NCBI GenBank assembly: GCA_002633005.1
Contig: NMRA01000147.1
Coordinates: 496,001-560,000 of the forward strand
Source of the DNA: Phoronis australis
Taxonomy: Eukaryota; Animalia; Phoronida
Length of the DNA stretch: 64,000 nucleotides
Direction of reading: 5' to 3'
The translations under genes and the position numbers were made by a program. Below the pieces are notes generated by a model. It was not told where the DNA came from, made no database searches, and saw only the letters and a list, made by a program, of their open reading frames with translations. How positions within the stretch are numbered: position 1 is the stretch's first letter; each line of letters begins with the position of its first letter. Shown piece by piece: positions 1-10,638 of the stretch.

Positions 1-502
1 CCCCATGGTCATTTTGCTCTCGTACGTGTTGCTGCATCACGCCTTATTGACAGATGTTTTTAAATATGTTCTATTCCTCCCAAGTTTCAGGATTCAGTAG
101 CCAAATTAAAAAGTCATATTTCATGGAAATATGCAAATTTAAACATATTCACGTTTTGATTTTATGATATGCAATGGTTTGTGATATAAAAAGCATCAAA
201 ACAAAACTATCCCTGACGTGATTGCAGCGATTTATAAGCTTTGTGTGATCCATGATCCAGAGAATAAAAGTCTCATTTCCTAATTTTAGCGTAGGTCGCC
301 ACAAATCATCACTTCGATATGATTTCAAAGATGAAGATTTGCAGTTATATCCTGTCAGTCAAATCTTCTGCAATTTATCTCTTAGGGTGCTGACACTTCT
401 AATATCTTACAGTTCTAGAAATCATTAGATATAAACCGTGAACGGATCAAAAGCAGATCGCATTAGTAATACTCTGAGAAAATAATTTAGCTTTGTCACC
501 TG

Positions 503-761
503 AGGCCCGTTCCAAGAAAACTAATTTAGCTAAGACAAATCTTAAATTTCAGTCTGTTTTAAGATAAAATTCAAATTTAACTCAACTTAAAGTCCGTTTC
601 AAGAAAGCAGGTTCTTAGGTTTGACTTGAGTTTTTGACTTAAGTTTTGTCTTAATTTTGACTAACATTCCGGAAGTGGAAGTTTCAAAGTTTGGGAGTTG
701 AGACAAATCTTAGACTCAAGTCAAAAATGAACTTTAGTCAGTTTCTTGGAACGCCGGGCCC
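503..761. mobile_element. PIF/Harbinger-type MITE, copy 1
   Basis: TIRs AGGCCCGTTCCAAGAAA ... TTTCTTGGAACG(CC)GGGCCC; CTG duplicated at 500-502 and 762-764; inverted homologue at 45435-45662. Confidence 0.75.
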
Positions 762-2329
762 CTGGTCTCCAGTTCTGCTTTGACTGTCGCTAGGACATTG
801 TCTAAAGACGCTCAGGTGGGACTTCACGTTCTCATCACATCTTATGCATGACAAAATGTTTTTGATTATTCTATTAATGGTGTTTCATTATTTACCAACG
901 CATTTGATTTCTTCAATGATATTTGGCAATGATAATACTAAATGTTTGTTCACACGATCACAATGTGCATTTCAATTACTCAAACAGTCCAAAAAGTGTT
1001 GACACTGCATTCAATTTTGCGTATCTTTGAGGAGGCAACTAGCAAATGGTACCTAGTAGGCCTACAGCGCTTCAGAATTAAGTAGGGGACGGTGGGGGAG
1101 GAGGGGGGGGGGAGGGGGTGTCCTAGANGGGGTTGTCGCAGCTACTCCGCCGTTCGGCCGTCAGCAACAACCATGAACCTAGTCGGCAAAACGTGGATTT
1201 CACTGAAACTTTCCATGTTTGACATTTATATATCAATCTCAGAAGTGCGATACGGTTTAGGATTTTTAGAAGTCTTAGTTTTATTGTACTGTGTCATCAA
1301 TACTAGACGAATACGACCGCAGTCATTTTTGTTTTACAAAAATGCCTAACGTTATGCGAGTTAAAATTGGCGTGGAAACCAAACTAAAAAAATCGAAAAT
1401 TCCTAACAGCGTTTTGAGGGATATAGGCAAGTTTTCATTTAAAGAAAGTTTTATTAAAACGAACTAACGGGTATTTTTGGAACATGAATGTAGGCTACCT
1501 AGTTTTTTAAAAATGAAAATTTGATTTAACTGGCTATAATTAAGGGTTGCCACGTTAATAACAACTAATGGCACGTAAGAAAAAGTGTATTTTTATAATC
1601 TTCAAGATCTTTCTCGTTGATACTGCCTAGTTAATCTGGTAATTGACTTTGAATTAACCTAAGGTCCCGCCTTTGTACCTGGTATCCTTACGACACACAT
1701 ATATGAGGCGCCACGAACCCGATTATGAACAGTTGCAACTTTATATGTTACGAAATATTTGTCGCCATTTAGATGGTGCAATGTTTTTCGTCACCATATA
1801 TCACACTAATGTACCATTGCATGGGCCACACTGTTGTACTGAGTTTTCTGAATGATTGATGTAGTAAACTGAAGTCAACACCCAGTGGGTTACCGGACAG
1901 TCGTACCTGAAAGGAGTAATGCATTAGCTGAATAATGAAACATAACCTAAATCGTCCGTGAGAGACCGGCCGGAGGTGGTATATGGTGCAACTCCGGACA
2001 GTCTGGGGTTAAAGAAAAGCACAGTTCAACTGTGAGTCGAAACCAATTGTGATAAACAGAGTAGTTCTACTACCTACGTCAGCTGCAGGTATGCTCATCT
2101 CTTATATGACACACAATGTGTGACTGGGCAAAGCGTTTTGAAAATAATATGGATAAATCAGCGGAGTGTGAGACCCCTGAGGTCCCTGTCAATTCCTCAC
2201 GACAGTTATACATTATGGAAGAAGATGTGAAAGGGGGCCGAGGAATGGGGCAATAAGATAAACTTGCATGCTGAAAATATACAAGGGAGTAACTCAGTAA
2301 CTGGGGGTATGAGATAAGGGACAATTACG

Positions 2330-2880
2330 AGAGGAGACCCAGGCGGCGGAGGTGATGTCCGAAAGCGAAGCGGACGCTGAGAGCTTGCTTGCGGATGCCT
2401 GAATGAGGTCGGGGCGGTAAAGGCCGTAAAGGGTCTTGCCAGAACCCGCCCCTATGGGTCCAAAGGAAAACTGTGGGATGGTCGGCGAGGAGGCGTTTGA
2501 GGTGAAAGTTAAGGGACTGGCAACGCGTATTAAAAGTGCCGTCATCGTGGAAACGGAGGAACACCATGCCGATGATGACCGACTGCACAGAAGGGTAATG
2601 GAGGATAGACTCGGAAAACGAAATTAGGTCAGGGGCCAGAGACAAAGCAAAGGGTGGGACTGGGGACGAGACAGGTCGTTGCCGGCGACAATACCTTAAT
2701 GAGGTGAAGGGACGGAGAGTGTTGAAACTTCAAAGAAAAATTGTGAGTGCAAACTGAAATTTGGAGAGAATTGTGGACGATGGCCCAGTGTTGCGACGAG
2801 ACAAAGAGATCACGTGGAACAATTAAACCAATAATCGTAGAACAAAGAGGGTCAATGACCCGAGAATCCAAACAATATGA
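2330..2880 (-). pseudogene. Decayed SGNH/GDSL esterase-like ORF, probably from a retroelement (Ngaro/DIRS or LINE ORF1 type)
   Basis: Across frameshifts the minus strand reads VWILG (block I-like), IVAGNDL (block III GxND), FNTRCQSLNFHLKRLLADHPTVFLWTHRGGFW and YRPDLI (block V DxxH-like). GC-richer than its flanks. Confidence 0.5.
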
Positions 2881-3693
2881 TAATGAGGACGAAGCAGTAT
2901 AGCTTACATAAAATAATTTAATACTTAAATAATTTTTATGTAACGACTCTCTGGTAATAAGGTGGACGTTTCCAGAGAACAGCAATAGTCAGCAGCTGAC
3001 TAGTGGGGGGCATAGGTTAAACATGCAACCAGTTTCCAAAATGCTAAAATTATCCCTGGTGGGCAGCACAGGTTAGAGTCATTCAAAAATATGCATGTGC
3101 CAAGGTTTTGGTAAAATTTTTATGAAATTTCACCATGAAAGAAATCTAGTTATGGAAACTTGGTGACCCTAGAGTTGACCTTACGACCGTTGGGAAATGA
3201 TATCGCACGTCTTTTTAATTGTCTCGGGATCTTGAGATATTTAAAAAAACGCGCGATGTCGTTTCTCAGCCACCGCATGACCTTTAGGTGCTTTGATAAT
3301 GAAATTCTAAAAAAATAATGTTCTTTGATTTTTTGAATGAAGATATCAGGAATATTGACTTTCTGTAATTCACATTTTTCCAGTGAAAGTCTTGAGCACT
3401 TTCGGTGCACCATGTAAAAGTCAATATTCAATAAAAAGAAATAAATCCTTATGTTTTGAACTATCTGCGTTATTCTTTCACAAGGAACTTGTAACTTAAA
3501 AGACAGCAGGTGTTGTATAGACTAAAAGTCCCAAGGAATCCAATGTGATTGAGATTGAAAAAATAAACGTCGCGACCATTTTATATTGAAATTTTGATTC
3601 TTACAAGTTGCACCGAAACACCGAAAGACTATAATTTTAACTCACCATGAAGTCTCTACGCCAGAATTTTTTCTAGTGGTCTTCATGTATTCA

Positions 3694-3935
3694 GGAGGCA
3701 CTGTGGTGTAGAGAAATAAGTGTGCGCTTCCGTTAGTCAAGGTCGTGGGTTCGAGTCCCAATGGGGCACACTGCTGGATCCTTGAGTCAGGTTTCTAGCA
3801 CTTCAGCTTGGTTATAACTACATATTTTAATATGTACAACGTGTACTAGACCGCCTGCAGTTTTTTTAAGTGCTTCAAACTTCAATCCTCTAATGACGAT
3901 CAGTGCCAATGAATTTCTTTTCCAATAAAAATAAT
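3694..3935 (+). mobile_element. tRNA-derived SINE
   Basis: A-box-like TGGTGTAG near 3704, B-box GGTTCGAGTCC at 3748-3758, a non-tRNA body and an A-rich tail (AATAAAAATAAT). Confidence 0.65.
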
Positions 3936-4930
3936 CATTATAATTGTTTTATTTCCTTGTCTTGACGCTGTTGTTCATTACATGAACATGTTTTGGGGGT
4001 TTCTTGACTTAACCAATTTGAAACTTCACTTACTTCACTTCGTGAATAATTGACTATGCCGGATTTATGGGTTAGCAAGGGGCAATTGTCCCGGGCCAGC
4101 TTTGAGAGTCGGAAAGAATGTGAAAGCATAAACTGGACGAGGGTGACTCCTAAATATGAAACGATAATGCTTTCAGAAAACAGGAGATGAGCGCCAGTTG
4201 ATGCCATCATTAAGGCATCCCTCCGTCAATTTCTCAATTAATATTAAGTGAAATACATTATCATCAAAAACGAAAAAAGTCAACGAAAAAGACAATGACT
4301 GAATACTCCATTACCCCTTGCCAGAGACTGGCCTTGGAGAAATCCGGTATCTGAATCAACTTCCACTCGAAAGTACGGGCAAAACAAATTTTGTTATAAA
4401 TCAGATCTTCTAATTTTTTGCGACAAAATAACGCTTCAATACCCTCGCCAAGTCTGTGTAGTTTGAAGCAATCGTAAAAGCACTTAGTTTGAAAAACGCT
4501 AAATCGCTGTGCAAGGGCAGAGTATACAATAGGACACTTTGTGTCACTGTGAGAAAGTGATTTAGCTAATAATGATTTTAATTCTCAAGAAAGGTACAAC
4601 AGCAGCAGGTGCAGGAGACAGAGCCGGTTTTGCGTATGCATACATATATACAAGGTACCCCACGCATACACACACACACACACACACATACATGCACGCG
4701 CAGATGTCCGCACGCACGTTTATGTGCACATGCATTTTTGTGTGTTTAGGTGTGCAGTGTAGGCCTATATGTTGCGCGTAATTCGTACGCAAGAGAAAAT
4801 TAAGAACCTGACATGACACGTACCTGTATAGTTAAATTTATGTCAAATGAAGTTTGAGAATTTAAGTAATCGAGAATACAGTCTTTTGACAATGCAAAAG
4901 CAATTATATCGGGGCTTGCCCACCATAATC

Positions 4931-5953
4931 CTAATCAGCACAGTTACAGTCACACGTAGCGATATTTGCAAAGACCTTCCGGAAAGCTTTGTTCATGCCG
5001 GCATACACAAAAAAATTTACGGCGGAATTAGCTGCGGCCAGTGCCATGAGAATCGTTTGAATCCACGCTGGAATACGGTAATCGTAGTCAGCTGACGAAG
5101 ATATACCGATCGGTGTCCAGAAAACGTTGAACAGCACAAACACAACGAGCATGTTCTTGACAACACCGAAACTCTTGCGGTTCTGTCTGGCTTGAAGATT
5201 TCGAAGCTGCTCGATTCGCTGGCGGTCTTCGATGCTTTGGATCCCAGCACCGCTGGCGGAAGTCTGCGACTGGTCGGACGTGGTTGCAATGGAACGACGT
5301 ATTTTTCGAAATTTGCGTATCATGGCTGTATAACACCCAACAGTTATGGTAACCGTGGGAAAAAGAAATACAGAATCCAACATAATGGTAACATATAAAT
5401 AGCTTAAGTGGTCGTAACTCACGATCGTGCACATGGATGTTTTGAGATTGTATCCGTACTTTCCAAAACCCATCAAAGGAATTGAACTCTGAAAAAATGC
5501 CAAAAGCCACACCAGAACTAAACTGAGGCCAATGTTTTGCTTTGTAAAAGTTTTTTTGTAGAGTGCCTCGGATTTCACGACTTTGATATAGCGGTTAACG
5601 GCAACAAGACATAAGCTAAGCATAGACACAATCATACTAGAAACCATAAAATAACCTACGCACGTGCAAAGCACGCCGTAAGGCTTAGTTCCTGCTGTAA
5701 TCCACGCAACTTGCAAAGGACATACTCCGACGCAGATGAGTAAATCAGCAAACGCTAAATTGGTAATGTAAATATTATGGTCAACACGGAGTTTTTTCGT
5801 CGTCATCACAGCAATTATTGTGAAGCTATTTCCAATTGTTCCCAAAAAGGCAGTTAAACCGTATATCACTACTACAACTGTCGCAACCCACTTCGGAATG
5901 TCATCCAGACCGGGATCAGCTGCCGTTGTCAGCCACGAGCTACTGTTTTCCAT
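4931..5953 (-). CDS. Rhodopsin-class (class A) GPCR, melatonin receptor/Tre1/Moody-like, single coding exon, 340 aa
   Basis: Seven hydrophobic segments; GN in TM1, NLAFADL in TM2, AVNRY at the end of TM3, W in TM4, EL2 Cys (SMCT), FNVFWTP in TM6, NSAVNFFVY in TM7, helix 8 NKAFRK, N-terminal NSS sequon. First ATG is at 5953 (the ORF track starts at an upstream GTG). Confidence 0.93.
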   Translation of the reverse strand: MENSSSWLTTAADPGLDDIPKWVATVVVVIYGLTAFLGTIGNSFTIIAVMTTKKLRVDHNIYITNLAFADLLICVGVCPLQVAWITAGTKPYGVLCTCVGYFMVSSMIVSMLSLCLVAVNRYIKVVKSEALYKKTFTKQNIGLSLVLVWLLAFFQSSIPLMGFGKYGYNLKTSMCTIVSYDHLSYLYVTIMLDSVFLFPTVTITVGCYTAMIRKFRKIRRSIATTSDQSQTSASGAGIQSIEDRQRIEQLRNLQARQNRKSFGVVKNMLVVFVLFNVFWTPIGISSSADYDYRIPAWIQTILMALAAANSAVNFFVYAGMNKAFRKVFANIATCDCNCAD

Positions 5954-6854
5954 AATTTTCACTTGTCCGTTTGCGGAATGGGCTTATTTAAGAGACAACA
6001 GCTACTAGCTACCTGTTATAAGTGAAGACGGCAGCGACCTCCTTGTGTTACTGCAAGACTGCGGGTTGATCCGTCGTATTTATTGTGATCAATATTTATA
6101 TGTGAAGAAGACTTCCGAGTTAATTAGTTGAGGTTAATGTCATACAGTATGATGGCGAGAGAAGAACAGGTATAAAATAAACTCTGACGGCCCATCGAGA
6201 CAACATTGGAAATAAACAAATAGGTGAGAGTGAACGCACAGTGGTGGAATGCAAGGTTTTTAAGTGTACGTGATCGAATAACGGAGCTAAACTTACGTTC
6301 AGGTTGCCAGCAGATGTTATCAAACCCGTTAGTGAGTTACATCGCGATAGGTGGAATAGGTAAAAATGAAAAAAGACGAGGCGAGCGGATAAACACAAAG
6401 GACTGAATTGGTGAAATTATCGGCAATGGACAGTCCCGGGCAGTCAGGCCACGCCCATCATAGTTACTAATGCAAATGTCGCATTAGAGTTAATTTAATC
6501 CAATATTTAGAAAATCCTTTGCAAGCGTACCAAAGTAGCAGATTCTCTACGATGGGCTTTTGATCATATTTCACTGAAATCGTTGCCAAAAATTCGCACT
6601 AAGAAAATGTGACTTGTGGAAGCAAACCAGCTGCTGCGCACAACGGTATATCCACGATACCAAAACTTTTACCCCCTCCTGAGACAACGCCACCCCAGTT
6701 ATTGATATGAGACCGGTAAGCCTCATTCACATATGTCTGAACAACCGATTCTTAAATGAGCGCAAATGAGAAAACGGAGAAGCAGCGACCTGAGAGCTGT
6801 CGTCATGAAGTGAACTATAGATTAGATCACAGCTCGATGATGGTTACCCGCACA

Positions 6855-7580
6855 TGGCGTGCAAAATGCTCACCTATTCATAGCGTTCGCAGTAAACAAG
6901 AGTAAATGAATAACACACGAGGTCCTAGCACAGGTCCTAGCGTTACTGAACTCTACCCTGATCTAGCCCAAATCACGTCCTCTCATTGAAAATTCATGGC
7001 GATATCTCGTGGAATCTCGCCACGAGATCTTGCTTTTCTAACCAGGTATTAGCGTTATTGAACTCGATTCAGGTACTGAACACCAGCGAGGTCAGGCATT
7101 CGCCTTAAGTTACTGCCTCGCTTGACAAACTAATTACAGCTCATTTTACGACCTTTACGGTAAAGGTAAAGTAAACAGGTCCCTCTTCAAAATGGCTGCC
7201 GAGAACCAGCCTCCTATTCAGTAACGCTAGGACCTCGCTATAAAGCAAGATTTCGCGGGATTACACAAGATATTACCACATATCTTAAATGAGAACACAT
7301 GACTTTGGTTATACTTCAGCTAGCGCAGGTTCCAGCGTTTCTGAACGCACACCAGCCTCCCGATTCCCGTTCAGTAATGCTAGGACCTCGCTAAAAAGCA
7401 AGACTGCGAGATTACGTGAGAGATTGCCGTGTATTTTAAATAAGAACACGTGACTTGGGCTAGATTTTAGCTAGGTCCTAGCGTAGGTCACGCCAGTTTT
7501 CACCGAATGACGTCTATCTCCGGTTTTTTAGTAAACTGGTTTCCGGTAACCATTTCAAGAGGGACCCGTTTACTCCACTT
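6855..7580. mobile_element. Composite foldback/MITE cluster of the CCTAGCGTTACTGAA family
   Basis: A ~150-bp module occurs once reversed (~6920-7065) and twice forward (~7205-7350, ~7350-7495). Outer ends are TGGCGTG (6855) and CACGCCA (7495). A further inverted pair lies at ~7165-7210 and ~7535-7580. Another copy is at 55487-55635. Confidence 0.65.
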
Positions 7581-7711
7581 CTACCCATTTTACTACCAAC
7601 GTGAGTTAAGAGTTTAGCTAATTTTTATTCAAGATGCGTTGCTCTTCGCCTGCGGTTTGAACGCATTAGTGCGTTCCGAATTAGCGAGATCACGAAAGAC
7701 AACGCGACCAA

Positions 7712-8165
7712 CCCATACAAAAACATTCTATAGAATCCTATAGGAATTCCTACAGGAATATCGATTTTCTATAGGATTCCTATAGGATCAAGATTTCCTA
7801 TAGTAACTCCTATAGAAAAAATCCTTTATGAAATTTTTCAGAAATCTGATTTGTAAACATTTTAACAAACAAATAGCCTAAGAGTAAGATATCGGTTTGT
7901 TTTATTTACTTTCAGCTCTTCTGAGTCATTAATTTTTGTAAATTTTAATATTCAAGTGAGTCTTATATGTTAATTGCTTCGTCATTTTGATGTTCTTATA
8001 GGATGCTATAGGGTTTCCTATAGAAATCCTATAGCATCCTATAAGATATTGGGGCAAAATCCAATTGAATTTCCTATTGGATCCTATAGGATTTCCTATA
8101 GCAAATCCCACAGAATATCCTATTGGAATTCAGTTGGAAATCCTATTGTAACTTTTCGTTATGGG
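7712..8165. mobile_element. Non-autonomous DNA element with CCC...GGG ends and TCCTATAGGA subterminal arrays (animal EnSpm/CMC-like)
   Basis: Ends CCCATAC and TTATGGG, 2-bp AA on both flanks, many copies of the palindrome TCCTATAGGA near both ends. Confidence 0.6.
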
Positions 8166-8369
8166 AAATTACGGGTGTTTCGCGATATGCGTAACATGCC
8201 AAAATGCCGACCACTGAAACGAGTAGTCAGCAAGGAAGAAATACGAAATTATGTGAGTTGCCGTCCGCCGCAAGTTGTTTGGCAGTTCCCAGCCACTAGG
8301 GAACTGATCCCTGCACATGCTTGTCTCTGCGGGCGTAAGGGGTTTAAAGTTTCTCCAGTCTGACCAGAC

Positions 8370-8580
8370 TTCAAATTCTTCACATCCAGATGTCAACGTT
8401 CATGCGGTTACTGGCAACTCTGCAGCGGGACAAAACTTCCATGACCAAACCACTTCGCAAAGGCAAACGTGGACCGAAGAAAAACCCTACGCGTAACTGA
8501 GCCGACAAACGGGCCTCGCGTCTAAGTTATGAGAATTGAGTACTGCAACATTCTTGGAACCCATGGCAGCAGTCTGATGC
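8370..8580 (+). pseudogene. Possible relic of a Mutator (MULE) transposase C-terminus
   Basis: Frameshifted reading SSHPD/STFMRLLATLQRDKTSMTKPLRKGKRGPKKNPTRN*ADKRASRL...TFLEPMAAV* resembles the tail of invertebrate MULE transposases. The resemblance is weak. Confidence 0.3.
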
Positions 8581-10300
8581 TTGAGAAAGTCACTGCTAGT
8601 TTTTGACACTCTCTTATTCCAAGACACTAAATTCAAAGACCGCTCAGAATTTGAGTCGGACAATTTTGAATTCCCGAGAGGAGGCATGATGGTCTAGCTT
8701 ATGCAGTCACCATTAGATCCAAGATACGCACTTTTCAGCTTGGTGGCTATATGATGAAGGGCTATCTCAGATTGTGACTCCCGAGTTTCCTACGTCTGGC
8801 CGACTTTGTCTCGAGCCGACACCGACCTGCTGGATCTCAGCACTCTAGCGGTATAGTCCCCGGAAATTGTTGTTTTCAAGGACATTTTTGTGTTTTTTTT
8901 TATTTATTTCAACCTAACAGAGGTACGTTTTTGTTATTCATAAACCCGTAGGCTGGCGTTCAGCTGAACTTCTCTCCCGGTCAAAATTCAGAGATTCGAT
9001 CTGCACATGCAGGGAGGGGCACTGGATTACTGCCGGTAACTCAAAGCCTTGGTCGAGCTGTTGTCACTAAACATAAACTGTTGAATTACTTTTTGACGTG
9101 TACCTCTAGTATACACTATGTCTGTAGAGTTAGACAGAGCTCATTTTGAAGTTGTTCAGACATGATATTTAGATTTATGAAGCTTTAAAAAAGAATTTGA
9201 GTTATTTTCGTAAATACCCTATTTTTGCAACTACCACACCAGGCTTGTAATCTTNAAATCCCTGGTCGCCAAATGGGAAATGCGCTCGGCAAAACAAGGA
9301 AATTCTATAACGACGGCGATGTTTTTAGTCGATCGGAAAAATATGGATAAACCGCCGTGTGTATCATAACCAACGACTTCGGCTTTCACCCGCTCGGCTC
9401 TTATCACAGGGAACAGCAGGCAATGCCTCGATTTGTGTATGTGTGACTTCCCATAAGGAACAAAGAGTCACAGAATAGTTCGCCCTGAGTTTTGCCTAAC
9501 AGAACACACATCAATAGACTTGTCACCTTTTCTTCACTCTGTCAAATACCGTATGCAGATACCGTAATGAGAATGTTTGAAGTCATTTGAATAGTTCTAC
9601 AGATGAGCAGCGAAACGTTATTCTGCCATGCATTTTTGGCCGTTTCACTCCTACTGAAACGCAAGGTGGGCTGACAAACTAAAAGAGACAAAAGCAAAAA
9701 GTTGGCACTTTTCACCTCAAAAATCCAAACATGTGGAGCTCTTAATTCTGCGCTTAAAATATTACCATACAAAATCCTATTTTTACCTCATAATGTACTC
9801 AGTCTACGTTACTTGATCTATTCCATTACCTCCTGAGGTTTCAATAACTATCATTGCGTCAAAGTACGGCAGAGGAAAGCAATCCGGCAGGTAACCAATT
9901 CTTGATTTTATGCTCGCAGTTTAATCGTCATTTAAGACAATTTAAATCTGTTTACTGTGTTACGCCTTAGAATCCTTTATAAATCACTCAATTAACTTCT
10001 GCCTCATTACTTCAGAGTCATTACAGTGCCAATCACGCAACTGCGCTCAAGAGCAGCCTGAATACTCGCTCACCGCTTTCATATTCCTTTCTTCATCAAC
10101 AGACATTGAACACAATGGAAAAGTTTCTCTAAAATGAGAACTCACACCCTCCCCGCTTTTATCTCAACAGTAAACAACATATTGAACAGTGCACAGAAAA
10201 TTGTACCATTTCAATGGTACTTTGTATGCAATTCTTAACATGATTTCCCTCACTTTCTGTACAAACATTTTAACTCACTGATCAACGGCGTACATGTTAT

Positions 10301-10537
10301 CAGTGGCAGATCTACGATTTCAGTAAGGGGGGTTTAGGATTCAAGAGAATCCGAGGCGCGTAGCGCCGAGGAGAAGGAAGGTCGCGAGAGGGTTTCCCTC
10401 CTCCCGTGTAAGATTTTTTGGGATTTTTAGTAGCTAATTTCATTTTTCTGGCGATTTTTTCCAGTTTTTATTTTTGATCCTGTCCCGAGGGGGGGGGGGG
10501 TTTAAACCCCCTGAACCCCCCTGTAGATCTGCCTCTG
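10301..10537. mobile_element. MITE with CAGTGGC(A/G)GATC-type TIRs
   Basis: CAGTGGCAGATCTAC ... GTAGATCTGCCTCTG, flanked by the direct repeat GTTAT. Related ends at ~34230 and 44807-44931. Confidence 0.7.
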
Positions 10538-10568
10538 GTTATTACCTTTCCTGTCCTATTACTTTTTG

Positions 10569-10591
10569 AATTAATGCCCTGCCAGCAAACA

Positions 10592-10638
<47 letters not shown>

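Noticed and set aside
3694-3770. Functional tRNA gene (also 33931-33996)
   Set aside because: A and B boxes are present but the stems do not form a cloverleaf; SINE or pseudogene fits better.
4931-5953. Opsin
   Set aside because: No retinal-binding Lys in TM7 (ALAAANSAVN).
7929-8363. ORFs of 60 and 129 aa
   Set aside because: They run through the TCCTATAGGA repeat element.
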